Below are positions 1 to 11,826 of a stretch of DNA of 64,000 bases, piece by piece (positions within the stretch are counted from its first letter, which is position 1; every line of letters starts with the position of its first letter). The notes beneath the pieces are model-generated. The model was not told where the DNA came from. It ran no database searches and saw only the letters and a program-made list of their open reading frames with translations. The DNA comes from Lama guanicoe (Eukaryota). The stretch is taken from positions 14,615,405 through 14,679,404 of the forward strand of contig MU055362.1 of the NCBI GenBank assembly GCA_013239625.1, in the 5' to 3' direction. A program made the translations under genes and the position numbers.

Positions 1-618
1 CTCCCAAAGTACTAGCTACTGTTATTATTTCGTGAGCATCTATTTGAGGAATGTTACATACATTTGAGCATACCACTTGAGACAACTTTACAAACATTTC
101 TTCATCTGCTGCTCAGTGGCACGGTGCATGGTGGCTGGTGGGAGTCCCATTTCACAGAGGGGAAGTGGAGGCTCCAAGGGTGTCTACCCAGAGTCCGTGG
201 CAAAGTGAAGGTTTGAGTTTGGGTTTATTTAGGGCCTCACTCTGCTCTGTAGTGAAGCTCAGGAAGCTCCCCAGGGTCACTTCAGTCAGGAATGTTTGTG
301 TGGAGAAAATGGATGCTTGTTCCCTGGTCATCACTTGTCACATTTTGGTCCCCAAAGCCCAGCTCATCCTTGGAAGGATCTCTTATTGAGTGCAGAGCCA
401 AGACTACAAGCCAGGCCTGGAGAGGTTGAAGTCAGCAGGAAGAAAGTTCTCGGCTGCTAACAGCCTCAAAGCGCAGGCAGGACTGGTGACCTTGAAACAT
501 GGAAGACAGTGTAGCCTCAAATTTATCTCTGCTCCTTCCCTCTGCCTGCTGCTTCCTGCATCCGCCCCAATCCATCCTGTTGCTCAAGAAACATCTTGAG
601 CATCAAGAAGTCATCCTT

Positions 619-852
619 ATACAGTATAGCACAGGGAAATATATACAAGATCTTGTGGTAGCTCACAGTGAAAAAAAAAATGTGACAATGAATGTATGTA
701 TGCTCATGTATAACTGAAAAATTGTGCTCTACACTGGAATTTGACACAACACTGTAAAATGACTATAACTCAATAAAAAATGTTTCTTAAAAAAAGAGGA
801 AAATAAAAATAAAATAAAATAAAATTCTATGGCTAAAAAGTGGAAAAAAAAA
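619..852 (+). mobile_element. 5'-truncated lineage-specific L1 3' end (camelid L1_Vpa-like) with TSD
   Basis: L1 3'UTR text (tatagcacagggaaatatatacaagatcttgtgg...aaatgactataactcaataaaaa), A-rich tail, TSD AAGTCATCCTT at 608-618 and 853-863. Confidence 0.88.
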
Positions 853-859
853 AAGTCAT

Positions 860-1790
860 CCTTGACCCCTCCCTTCCTCTTACCTGCCCACCTGACCTCT
901 GGATCCATCCCCTTCTCCCACCCCCACCATAACAGCTGTTGAAAGTCCCCTTCTTCTCTTGGAAAGACCCCAGCTTCCTCCTTGGCCTGTCTGCTCCCAT
1001 CCTGGCCCATCCACACCGTTCTCCACACCATAGCTAGAGTGAGGTCTTCAAAACATGGAATCAATTAATGTGCTTTTCTGCTTAATTTTCCCCAAGGACT
1101 TCCCATCCCTCCCAGAAAAACTCCTTATCCCAGCTTGCAGAGCCGTGTGTGCGTTGGCCCCTGCCTGCCGCCCTGCCCCGAGCTCATCCCCTCTTCCCCG
1201 TCTCCCATTCCCACCCCAGCCCCCTGCTCAGCCACGCCTGTCACCTTCTGTTCCTTAAACACATGTAGTTTCTTTACACTTTTATTTTTTATTTGAACAA
1301 TTAATAAACATATCATTTTTACTATCTGATAATTATAAAAAAAAGGAAAAAGTGAACAAGTTGAATAATCAGCTTATAAAGGAGGAACCATCTCATAAAA
1401 CTTAAATGTTAAAACACTACACAGTAAATAAGTTCTTTCCACATACGTAGGAACATCAATAGATGAAATCTGAAGTTACTATTCCACATGGTCTTTGCAC
1501 TTGCTGTTGCCTCTGCCTGAATGCTGTTCCACATTCGTTCACATGGCTAGCTTCTTAAGATGTCTGCTTATCACTTCAGAGAAGCCGCCCTGTCCTCTAC
1601 TGTCTAGCTGCCCTCTGAAGTCACCCCACTTCTCCCCTGCACATCACTAATTACCTTGTTGGTTTTCTTGTTTGTTATCTGTGTCCCACCACCTTGAAAG
1701 CCAAGACCTTGCTGTGGTGCTCACACCAGTGGCGGGGTCCCCTCGTGCTTGTGAATAGGCGGTGGATGGAAGAAGTGAGTGCATGAATGA
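860..1790 (+). mobile_element. L2 3' fragment, interrupted at ~1282-1484
   Basis: tctttgcacttgctgttgcctctgcctgaatgctg and a tgaatga-like end; boundaries approximate. Confidence 0.7.
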
Positions 1791-2099
1791 CACTGGAGGT
1801 CGGGAAAGAGGTCACTGTGGCCTCAAGTCGAGGGTAGGGTTAGGATTAGGACGTTATCCAGGGAGAGGAGGAGTTTTTCTGGTTCAGGGACGGAGAGCAG
1901 GGAGCTTTGCTAATCAAGAGACAGCACTTCCACAAAGGTCGGGGAGTAGGACCAAGTGAGGCTTGTTTGGAGACCAGATATTGCAGCTGACCTGACTGAG
2001 CACCAGCTGTTTGCCAGTACTGTGTACGGCGTTGAGGTTACAGGGCTGTGCCTTTCTGCCTTCAAGGGGTTGGCAGTCTGCTCTGGGTGATGAACTATG

Positions 2100-2500
2100 C
2101 AGACAAGAACGTGCTGTTGGACAGAGGGAAACAAGGAAGTGACCTGGTTACTTGAGGAAGAGCAGTCCAGGCCAGGGGCCACAGCAAGTGCAAAGGCCCA
2201 GGGGTCGAGCATACTGGCCTGCTTGAGGCATGGCAGGGAGGTTTGTGGTTGGGGTGGAACATGGGGAAGGGCAGGGTGTTAGGAGGGGAGGGCAGAGATG
2301 TAGTGGGGGTGGGGGCAGCAGCACAGACCTCATAGGGCCTTACCAGCTGGTTTAAGGATTTGGGCTTTCACTGTGAGATGAAGAGCCGCTCAAGGGTTCT
2401 GAGGAGAGCAGGACATGATCTGACTTAGCTCTGCGAAGGACTCTTCTGACCGGTGGGTGGAGATGGACAAGGGGAGGAAACAGGTGAGAGGACGAGGACT
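2100..2500 (-). mobile_element. L2 fragment
   Basis: gcaagtgcaaaggccc, aaggatttgggctttcactgtgag and ggacatgatctgactta are typical antisense L2 text. Confidence 0.7.
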
Positions 2501-2649
2501 CCGGCAGCAGGGGACAGACGAGAGGGGTTTATGTGATGGGGTGTGGGCTGTGGGGGGGGATTTGATGTCAAGTTGCCTGGGCTCCCGTTCACAGCCCCAC
2601 AACTTTGGGAGATCCCTTCGCCTGAGCTTTGTGACCTCACTTGTTCTGT

Positions 2650-3009
2650 TGTATCGATCAGGTTCAACTAGAGACACAGAACCAGTAGGAGCTAATTTAA
2701 GAAATTTCTTGCAAGGAGCTTTCTTATGCGATTGAGGGCTGGCTAAACACATCTGAAGTCCAAGGGCAGGCAGGGTTGCCATCCACAGGTGAGATTTCTT
2801 CTGCAGTGAAGCCTCAGCTCTGGCCTTAAAAGTGTTTCAGCTGATTGACTCAGAGCCCCTCAGATTATCGAGGGTAATCTCGCTGAAAATCAGCTAACTG
2901 TGAACTTGATCACATCTGCAACATTACCTTCTCCAGCAACTCCTGGATTAGTGTGTGGTTGAATGAACTGGAGACTAGCCTAGCCAAGATGTCATGTAAG
3001 ACTGTCACG
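2650..3009 (-). mobile_element. MLT2-family (ERVL) solo LTR
   Basis: Begins tgtatcgatcaggttcaactagagacacagaacca and ends ctagcctagccaagatgtca...gtcac, the reverse complement of MLT2 termini. Confidence 0.8.
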
Positions 3010-3981
3010 TCTTGCCTGTAAAAATGGATTAGCAGCCACCTGCAGGAAGGTGCAGCGGGTTCAAGGACTTGGTGCAGCCAGAGGACTTGGCACGTGCCTG
3101 GCAGTAGGAACGGCCTGTTGCTATTAGCTGTGATCGGCCTCCCCAAGGTGAGCACTGCTCCGGGAGCTCAGATGGGGCTGGAGCAGGCTCCCCAGAGCGG
3201 GGGCGCCTCCTCAGACCTGAGAAGATGGACTGGTGCCCTCACAGTTCTAGGGAGCTGCATGGTTCCAGCGCCCGAAGTTAGGGAGTTCTGATTTGTGCCA
3301 CGAGGGGGCGCAGACAGCCACGGATCCTGTGGGCTCATCCTGGCTCTGGGATTGGGTGTGAGGCTCCATCCCACCCAGGAGTCCTGTGATGAGCTGCAGC
3401 TCGTTTAAATGCAAATAAGATTGCTCAAGAGTGTTGCAAGTTTGTTCTTTTGGGCTAGTGTTGCTCTTCCTCATGAAATCCTGTTTATACTTTTCCTTGG
3501 AAAATTGGTGAGCTCAACTCGCCTTTCATTTTATTTATCATACAATCTGCATCACTGGATAGTGAATGAGATCAGCGTTACCGTAGTTTCACTGCGGAGA
3601 AGCATTGTTGCTTGGAGTTCTGAGTTTAGGTTTTGGCGTCAGAATTTGAATCCCTGCGCTGCCCTGTGTTTGCTCTGTGACTGGCAAGCTGCTTAACTTC
3701 TGACCTTCATGCCCTCACATGTAAAACGATGGTAAAAATAGTGCCTGCCTTGATTAAATTTAAGGATTGGATTCCAGAGGGCCCAGCACTTAGCAAGCTT
3801 CCGGTGATAGCAGCTGTCATTGTTATTTTAATTATTGATAGGTTCTGAAAGGAGGGGAGAAGTTGGTCTTACCTTCAATCTGAGAGTAAAAAGATCCACT
3901 TGAAGCATTTATTTTCATTCTGTGAGCCAGGGCCTGGCCCCAGAGGAGACAGAACTTAGACTTGGACATTGCAGAATATTC

Positions 3982-4170
3982 TGTAGAGTTAAGAACACAG
4001 GCTCTGGGGCCAGAATGCCTAGTTTTGTGTCCCTGATCTGCCAGCTGTGTGGTCTTGGGCAGGTCCTTAACTTCCTGTGCCTCAGTTTCCTCATCTGTGA
4101 AATGGGTATAATGATAGCACTTCACCAGGTTGTTTGAGGCTTGAATGTGTATTAATACATATGAGATGTC
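3982..4170 (+). mobile_element. MIR SINE
   Basis: Core cttgggcaggtccttaacttcctgtgcctcagtttcctcatctgtgaaatggg. Confidence 0.88.
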
Positions 4171-4649
4171 TGCTACAGGAAAACACTAAGGGTTAAGCTA
4201 TTTTTATTGCAAGTGGGAGGCAGCACCCTGGGTGTCCAGCTCCTGAACAGGAGGGACCACTGGCTTTGGCATTTGCCCTCGTCCAGGAGAGACTCTGCTC
4301 AACCAGTGGGGGAGGGTGGAGTGTGCACCACCTCATACTTGCCAGGCGGCTCCCCAACAACCTAGGCAGATGGTCTTACCCCCTTTCCTAGACCAGGAGG
4401 GGTGGGTTCAGGAACCTGTCCAAGATCGTCTCGCCAGGTAGACACAGGATTTAAGTCTGGTCCTTCTGGTCCGAACCTCTTTCCACTGAGGTCTGTTCCC
4501 TCCTGAGCCAAGGCCTGAGGGATCCACAGGTAAGCAGGACTGGGCACTGGAGATGTCTAGCAGGTGTTTCCACAGACCCAGAAGGGCCTTCCCCAAGAGA
4601 ACCCCCTCTGAGGTTTCTAGAAAGAACCCATTTGTCACCAGGGATTTTT

Positions 4650-4925
4650 TTTTTACATTTTTTATTGATTTATAATCATTTTACAATGTTGTGTCTAATT
4701 CCACTGTTGAGCACAATTTTTCAGTCATTCATGGACATATACACACTCATTGTCACATTTTTTCTCTGTGATTTATCATAACATTTTGTGTATATTTCCC
4801 TGTGCTATACAGTGTAATCTTGTTTATCTATTCTACAATTTTGAAATCCCAGTCTATCCCTTCCCACCCTCTACCCCCCTGGTAACCACAAGTCTGTATT
4901 CTCTCTCCATGAGTCTATTTTTGTC
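4650..4925 (-). mobile_element. 5'-truncated lineage-specific L1 3' end with 17-bp TSD
   Basis: Poly-T followed by antisense L1 3'UTR homologous to 619-780. Perfect TSD TGTCACCAGGGATTTTT at 4633-4649 and 4926-4942. Confidence 0.9.
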
Positions 4926-6284
4926 TGTCACCAGGGATTTTTGATTGGGTAAAAGGTCCCTCTGCAGGGTGTGACTCTTCGTATGAATTCAGTTTTTAAT
5001 GAAGTGGACTGGCTTAAAGCAAAACCTGCCTGTAGGTTCTGTCTACTATACAGTTAGTCTCCCCTCCTCCTTTTGCAGTAGAAGTAATTGACAGGGGCTG
5101 CTGCTGGGGTGAGGGGTGGGCAGAACCTGGCCTCCTGCTCTTCACCCTTCCACCAAACCTGGAATGAGGCAGAGCTGGGAGGGGGGCGTGGTGAGGCAGA
5201 GAAAGCAGGTCTGTGGTGCTTCATCTTCCCCCAGGATGAATGTCCCAGTCGGAGACAGAGCAGAACCAGGTTCTCGGCCCGGGCCTGCTCTACTCACCTT
5301 AAGTGATTGATTGTCCATAACCCCGAGGAGCTCACAGGTCAACTGAGAAAGTAGGATGTCCTTGGGGTTTCATTAAGAAATACAAGGCAGGATGGATTGC
5401 AATCCACAAGCAGTGGGAGTCAGAACTGACTGGAGGCAGGGCACTAACCAAGATGGGGGAGGCTGGAGATGTGTCCTGGAGGATAGAAGGGATTGGGATG
5501 AGCAGAGGGCCAGGATGAGCAAGGACTCGGAGGCTGGGGTGAGTTTGAGAAGTTTGAGGGAAGAAGAGGTGTCTGGCTTGGCAGGAGTGAAGGGCTAGGA
5601 AAGGGGAGAGCAGGAGATGCGTCTGGAAAGGAAACCTTGGAGGGTATATCAGCAAGACTTTTCAAAGCCATTCCCCAGGCTTCTCTGCTGCAGCCACCCA
5701 TCCTCAGGGAGAAAGGCCCAGGCTGCTGAGCAAACACAGCCAAGACATTCCTGGCACCCTGCAATGGCCTGTTCCAAAAGAACGTGTCTCTTGAGGGCAT
5801 TGCCTTCTAGCACATCTCACCCGGGCTGGTGTTTTAAAATAATTTTTATTTTTGTGGCTCTGGGTCCTCAGCCTAATGTCACCCCTGGAGTTCAAAGCCA
5901 ACTAATTGGAACTGAAAGAAGGCTGATTGATTTGGCAGCTCCACAGGCAGCCCATGTGGCAGTGATGCGATGGAGAAAGTGTGTGTCTGTGCCACGACTC
6001 CCCTGGCTGCAGGCAGTGTGGTCCCACTGCCCTAGTGGCCTGGACACATGAAGCAGGGGAGGAGAGGGGAGGGCTCCCCAAATCCTGGAAGCACGTATCT
6101 CACTCCCAGGAAGGAAGCAGATAGCTGGTAGGTAGCCTTGGTTCCCTCAGCCCTGCTTGCTTAGCTTCTTTCTGCCATCACTCCTATCACCTGACCTTTC
6201 CTGCTGGGAAAATGGGAAGAGGGTCTGGAAGGGGGTGGCACATGCAAAGGCCCAGAGGTGTGCTGAGAATCCTGAGCCTGCTTG

Positions 6285-6392
6285 TGGAAGCACAGACTCC
6301 CAGGCCCTGCCCAGACCTCCTGAATCAGCATCTCTGAGGGCGATGCCTAGGAGCGCCAGGCAGTTTTGACGGGCTCCCCAAGGATCCTGAGA
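6285..6392 (+). mobile_element. MER5A-like hAT-Charlie fragment
   Basis: cccagacctcctgaatcagcatctctgaggg...gctccccaaggatcctga. Confidence 0.6.
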
Positions 6393-8965
6393 TCAAGCCA
6401 GGATTGGATTTGGGATGGATTGTCCATGCGGGTGGATGGCCGTATTCAGGGTCGAAAGGCAGTGAGGTAGCAGAAGAATCAGAGCCCCCAGGATGGACTG
6501 TGACTTGATGGGGCTGCTCTTTGAAGGTTCATTTAGTTGTGCTCCAAGTTGGGTGGACCGATGTGGGAAGGGTGGGGTGGCCAATCAGAGGACTGAAGCC
6601 CAGCATTCAGGGCCTTGGAGAATGGCTATCCAAAGGGCCTGTCCAGCCACCAGCCTCCCTTCTGGCCTCATCAGGAGGCAGTGACAAGACTCTGCCTGCC
6701 TCTTATTTCCATAAGGTTTTTTTTCCTCAAGGGAGGAAACACCCGCATTGTGGTCCAGCAGAGAAGTGCTTCCCACCACGGCCCTCAGCCAGAAAATAAC
6801 TTGTTCCCCACTTGGGCGTTTTGGTTTATAAACATGTGACAAAAGAGGCAACATTTCCAGTAATGACGAAGCCAGTGGAAAAACAAAGATTTGGAGGAAA
6901 TGTGCATTATTTATTGTTTTAGCACCTTGTTCTGATCTAAAGTTACTTGTTTAAAAGCAGAAATGTGGCATGTGTAACTCCATTGGCTCATGGCGTTTTT
7001 ATAATTGGTCAGTTTTGAAGTGTGATGGCAGAGAAAAATTTTCCAAAGTTTCAGTAAAACTTGCAAGTTTGCAGGGAAAAAAATGTTTTCTGCTTTGCCC
7101 CCTGGATCTGTTCATTGCCACGTGTGACCCAAGCAGCTGGTATGAAGATGTGTGTTGTTCATGTTAGATCTGGATTCTGGTACCAAGAAAACTGGGCAAT
7201 GTCAGAAAGTCCCTTCTGTTCCTTGTGCTCGAAAAGAGCTACCACCTCTTTAAGATGCTTTCCCCACCCCCACGCGGCATCTGGCTACTGGGTGCGGTGT
7301 TGTAGAAGGCCCCCGCAGGTGGCTGGGGGCTGTCTTTCCTCCTAGCCAGGGTCTTCCAGCTCCAGCCCTGGACCACCTTAGACACCCCTAAGTGTTGGAT
7401 CAGGGTCAGGGTTGGGTACCTAACTGTTCCTGGCAGGAGGGTGAGGTCCTTGGAAAGCTGTGATGACAGGCTAGTGACAAGAAGCCAAACTAAGACTGTC
7501 TTTGTATGTTGGCAACCCCCCACCCCCACCCCGGGAGACTTTCCTTGAGAACATGCAGATTTTAACGTCCCTTGTCCCCGATCTGTCTGGGTGGGACAAG
7601 TTCTCCTGGTCTGTTACCTCTCTGCCATACACTAGCCCTCCTGGAGCCTAGTGGCTCCCAGAGCTGACAGTTGTTCATTTGCATTTGATCACAGGGTTCT
7701 GAATAGGCCTTGACACTAGTGGCAGCTCTCCCAGGGGGCAAGGATGGGGGATCCCTTGAGGCCTGAATTGATAAGAAGCAAGTTTCCAAGCGGATGCTAG
7801 TGTCAGACTCTCCCAGGATTGGGTGGTTCCTGCTGGACCTATAGCTGACCTCACTGGCTCTGGCCGTGGCCGTTAGGAAGATTTGTCCAATGAACATCTG
7901 ACTGCCTTCTCTGTGCCAAGCCCTGTATTCCAAGCCCAGTGGTACCAAACTGGATATGATGAGGTCTGTGGCCTCAGGACTCTAAGTTGGGTCAGGGAGG
8001 TAGGAAAGTAAACCACAGTTATGTGCTGTCCTAGTGCTATGATGGGGGTTGGGGCAGAGCGCAAGGAAGCCTCCCCGGGGGAGGTACACAGCCCTGCCTG
8101 CGGGTTGGGGGCCGAGCAAGGCTTTCCACCCCTGGTTCCCTGAGATTCTTAGATGAGTCAGCAAGGAGCGGGTGGCTGGGGAGGGGGGTGGCCTGCAGAG
8201 GCATCTGGCCAGTCTCAGCACTGGCTGTGCAAGCGTGCCACGTCTTCTAAACTGGGCTGGGGCGTGTCCTCCACATCTCCCCAGTACCTGCTGGGCAGTA
8301 CTGTTTCAGAGATACCTCTGCAGATGGCCACCTGGGTTACTTAAGTGGTTGAAGCTTAAAAAGTTCTAATTATAAAATCAATGCACGTGCCTAGGTTGGA
8401 GAGAACTTGCCCCAAAAGTGACCTGACTTTTTCCTTGTTAGGAGGACTCTCGCTTCCAGTGGTCTCTGGGGGACGCATGCCCTGCCTATGAAAGGAGGGC
8501 AGGAATCCTGATTCCATACGATTCCAGAGCCATGGTGACTGGCACTAAGAAGTGCTCATTAAATATCTGACTAACAAATGGGTCTCTATTGTGGAAGGAG
8601 CCTTTGTCCAATGGGTCTCCCTAGTGGTTAATGATCGACTAGGATGCCAGGACGGAGAAAGAGCAGCCCCTTCAAGTCACAGGTGAAGACCAGGGGGACC
8701 CAGAGAAGTGATGTCACCTTCTCACTTTTGCAGTGAGCCAGGATGGGGCCGCCTGAGCATGGGTCTCCCTCCTGGCTTCTCCCGGGGGTGGAAGCTCAGC
8801 ATTAGCCAGAGACCCTGAGCTGTGGTGCCAAAGGGTTAACTGCATGCTTCCCCAGAGAGCTCACACAGTCCTGACCCTCCCCTGTCCTCCAGGCCTTCCC
8901 AGCTGCGGCCTCCTGGGCATAGCTTGGTCACGTGAGAGCCAGATGTGGGGATTTCCCAAGCAGTG

Positions 8966-9033
8966 ATGTGTGTGTGTGCGCGCGTGTGTGCGCACGCGTG
9001 TGCACGCACGCGCGCGCGCACACGCACACACAC
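8966..9033. repeat. 68-nt unbroken alternating purine-pyrimidine (TG/CG/CA) tract
   Basis: Read directly from the sequence. Confidence 0.95.
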
Positions 9034-10772
9034 TGCTCTGTTTACGTGGCATCTGAGAGCTCAGGCAATTGGTCCAAACCCACGCAGAGCAAGAGAGAGA
9101 TGGGGGTGAGGAAAGGCCCCCGGGCTCCAGGCACACACCCTGGGAGGCTGCGCCGAGCCCTGCTGAGCCCTGCTCCCACCAGACATCATAGATAAGCCAG
9201 TTGTTTTTGCTCAGACTCCCATTTCCTGCAACATCCATCTTGCCATAGACCATATTGGTTATGGATAAAAAAAATTTTTTTAATCTCTTTGAAGGACTTC
9301 ACAGCAGATGCTGGAAGCCTGTAGCCTTCCAGGGATGTTCTGTGGGGTTGGGGGCCTGCCCATGAGTTACTCTGCATAGCACCAGCTAGTTTTAGGGTCT
9401 TTCTGGCCTGAGAATGCCCATATGTGTCCTAGGCCACCTAGGTAAGACCTGGACGAGAGGCAATGCAGGGACTTGGGTGCCAAGAAGGCCCTGGAGCAGT
9501 GGGGTAAGCTGGGCCTCAGTTTCCCTGTGAACCCCTTGGGACTGAGTGCACCGAGTATTCGTCCTTCCATAAGCCACCGAAGACTTTCTAGGCACCGCCT
9601 ACTGTCTTGGGTGTGCTGTGAGGATGCTGACAGGGTTAAGACCCTGAAGGAACTTCAGATCTGATTGGAGAGACTCAGAAATTTTGATTAAGCACCTACT
9701 ATGTGCCAGATACTTGCTAGGACTACAGCACTGTCCAGCTGACACTATCAGTGAACAACACAGAGGTCCTGCCAAGGGCAAGATGAGGGAAGCAAACAAA
9801 CATTGATGGGGGTCATCCTCAACCTCATCTTGCAGGTGTGCTCTGCCCCAGCCCCTGGCCCTTCATCCCTAGCCCCGCCCGCTCCAGCCAGTGGCAATAT
9901 CCAGCCAGACATCAGCTGAAGCATCATGAGCGCTGCCCCAAAAGTGGGGCCCCGTTACAGATGCACAGGCTCCAGGACTCAACCCCGTGGTCGCCCCCAC
10001 CCACCACGGGTCCCCGCACGGAGCCCTGCCTGCTGGGTCTGGCCCCAGCCTGCCCTCCAGCTGGGTCTGGGCGGCCTGGGGCAGTGAGGATGCACTATAT
10101 AGGCAGCGCCGACAGTGCCAGGCAGGTGGCCGAGGGAGCCATGCTGCCTTTAAACAGTTGGCAGTTGATTCATTGATACTCTGATAGCAAGAGTCCAGTC
10201 TGGAGAAAACAAGACATTGCGCTTTTCATGGCCCTGGGATGGTAATGTCAGTCCTGGGCCCGTTGCTGTTGACTCCATCTCTCACGGCTCTTGTAGAGAC
10301 TGAACCAGGGAGCGGGGTGGGCTGCTGGCTGGGGCCCTGGGGACCCAGCAGCTGCTCCCTTCGTCCTGCATTGCTGGCCCCTGTTTCTGCTGCTGCCGCT
10401 GCCTCACCCTCACCAGCTTTGGCTGGGAGAGCTAGTGGGTGGGGGATTGGAAGGGGACTATCCCAGTAAGTAGGGGAGGACCACCAAGGCAGACCACCCC
10501 AGGGATGAGGGGTGGCTGGGATCCTGGAACTCTGAACAGTGTTGAGTTTGTCTCTTCTCTGCACACCAGCGCCCCGGCGTGGGGAGAGGTGAGAACCCAA
10601 GGGCTTAGGGGGAGGCCGCCACCCAAAGGGCTGCAGCGGGGTCAGGCAGCAGCTGCTGGAAGCGAGGCTCAGAACCCAGCCGGCCTCCCCACACAGCGCC
10701 CCTCTGTCCGCCCACGGCCCATCTGACTCACCACAGCACTTGTCTTTAACCAAGAGGCTGAAGGTCTTTCGA

Positions 10773-10852
10773 GCAGGGTGGAAGGAGGAGGCAGACCTAC
10801 CGGCCGCCCCCTGCAGGGTGGAAGGAGGAGGCAGACCTGCTGGCCACCTCCT
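10773..10852. repeat. Tandem duplication, 2 x 40 bp (36/40 identical)
   Basis: gcagggtggaaggaggaggcagacct repeated exactly at 10773 and 10813. Confidence 0.9.
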
Positions 10853-11675
10853 GCCAGGGCAGCCCTCCCCCCAGCCCCTGCACCCAGGCAGTTGAAGTGC
10901 TCCTGGGAGCATCCTTGGCCTCTCAGTCCACCCACTTGGGTTGGGCCATCTGTGCTGGCCCCAGCCATGGCCTAGGTGGGTGCCCTTGGACTCAGTCCCT
11001 AAGGGGCTGTGGAATGGCTTCAGGCCCAGCCCCCACCCCACCCCATTCCCCACCTGAGCCAGGAGACCGACTGTTCTCTGACTGTGTGGCTTAGTGGCCA
11101 GAGGGTGAGTGCTGCATTCCCACCCCGGGTTGGGCTGCCCCTGCATGGACTCTGGAATCTGGGAAAGGCAGCTTCTGGGGAAGGAGGCAGGCCCCTTCCT
11201 ACTGAGAGCAAAATGAATAGGAATATGACGACATTTATTAAGAGAAACTCAACAGATATAAAAGAGCCTCCCTTGGCCAGTGGCCGGGGAAGAACCAGAG
11301 AATGAAATCCCCTGTTTTTATGCTCCCTTGTTCCCAATTCTTGGCCAGTTTGCCTGGGCTGAAGTCTCGCTGTGGGGCCTTGGGAAAAACCTTAACTTTC
11401 CTGAGCTTCACTTTCTGGATCTGTAAAACACGGGTTGTTGTAAGGATGAAATTAGCTAATGCTCATTGAATGTTTAGCCCAGTACCTAGCATGCGTGTTG
11501 AGAAAGTGGGAACTGGTATGCTTGTTCCAGCCCCAGCCCTGCCACTACCTTGCTGTGTGATCTTAGGCAAATTTCTTCTCCTCTGTGGTCCTGAGTCCCC
11601 AGTGTGCTCCTTCCAGCCTTTAGAGGTAATTTATTTAGCTCAGAAATCTGTGGCCCAGAACCCTTAGACCTTGCG

Positions 11676-11826
11676 CAGGACCAGCTACATAATTTACAGA
11701 GCCTCTTGTTCATAAATTATTAAAGATCTCAGATTGGGGACAGAAGGATAGGAAACCAAGCACAGGACCCTTCCAAGTGTGAGTCCCTGTGCACCTGTGC
11801 AGATCACGTGCCTGAAGCCAGCTCTG
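11676..11826 (-). mobile_element. MER91A-like hAT-Tip100 element
   Basis: caggaccagctacataattt...cttgttcataaattattaa...tgaagccagctctg matches the recalled MER91A reverse complement. Confidence 0.72.

Noticed and set aside
3409-3514. Octamer ATGCAAAT, ATGs and donor-like TTG|gtgagc as a coding first exon
   Set aside because: The ATGs give phase 0 or 2, incompatible with the phase-1 downstream exons; no other support.
7199-7297. ATG...TGG|gtgcgg as a coding first exon
   Set aside because: Phase 0 and a weak donor.
10226-11146. 306-aa minus-strand ORF (likewise 33613-34368, 19793-20503, 14003-14617)
   Set aside because: P/G/A/R-rich with no domain or homology I recognise; long stop-free frames are expected in GC-rich intron.
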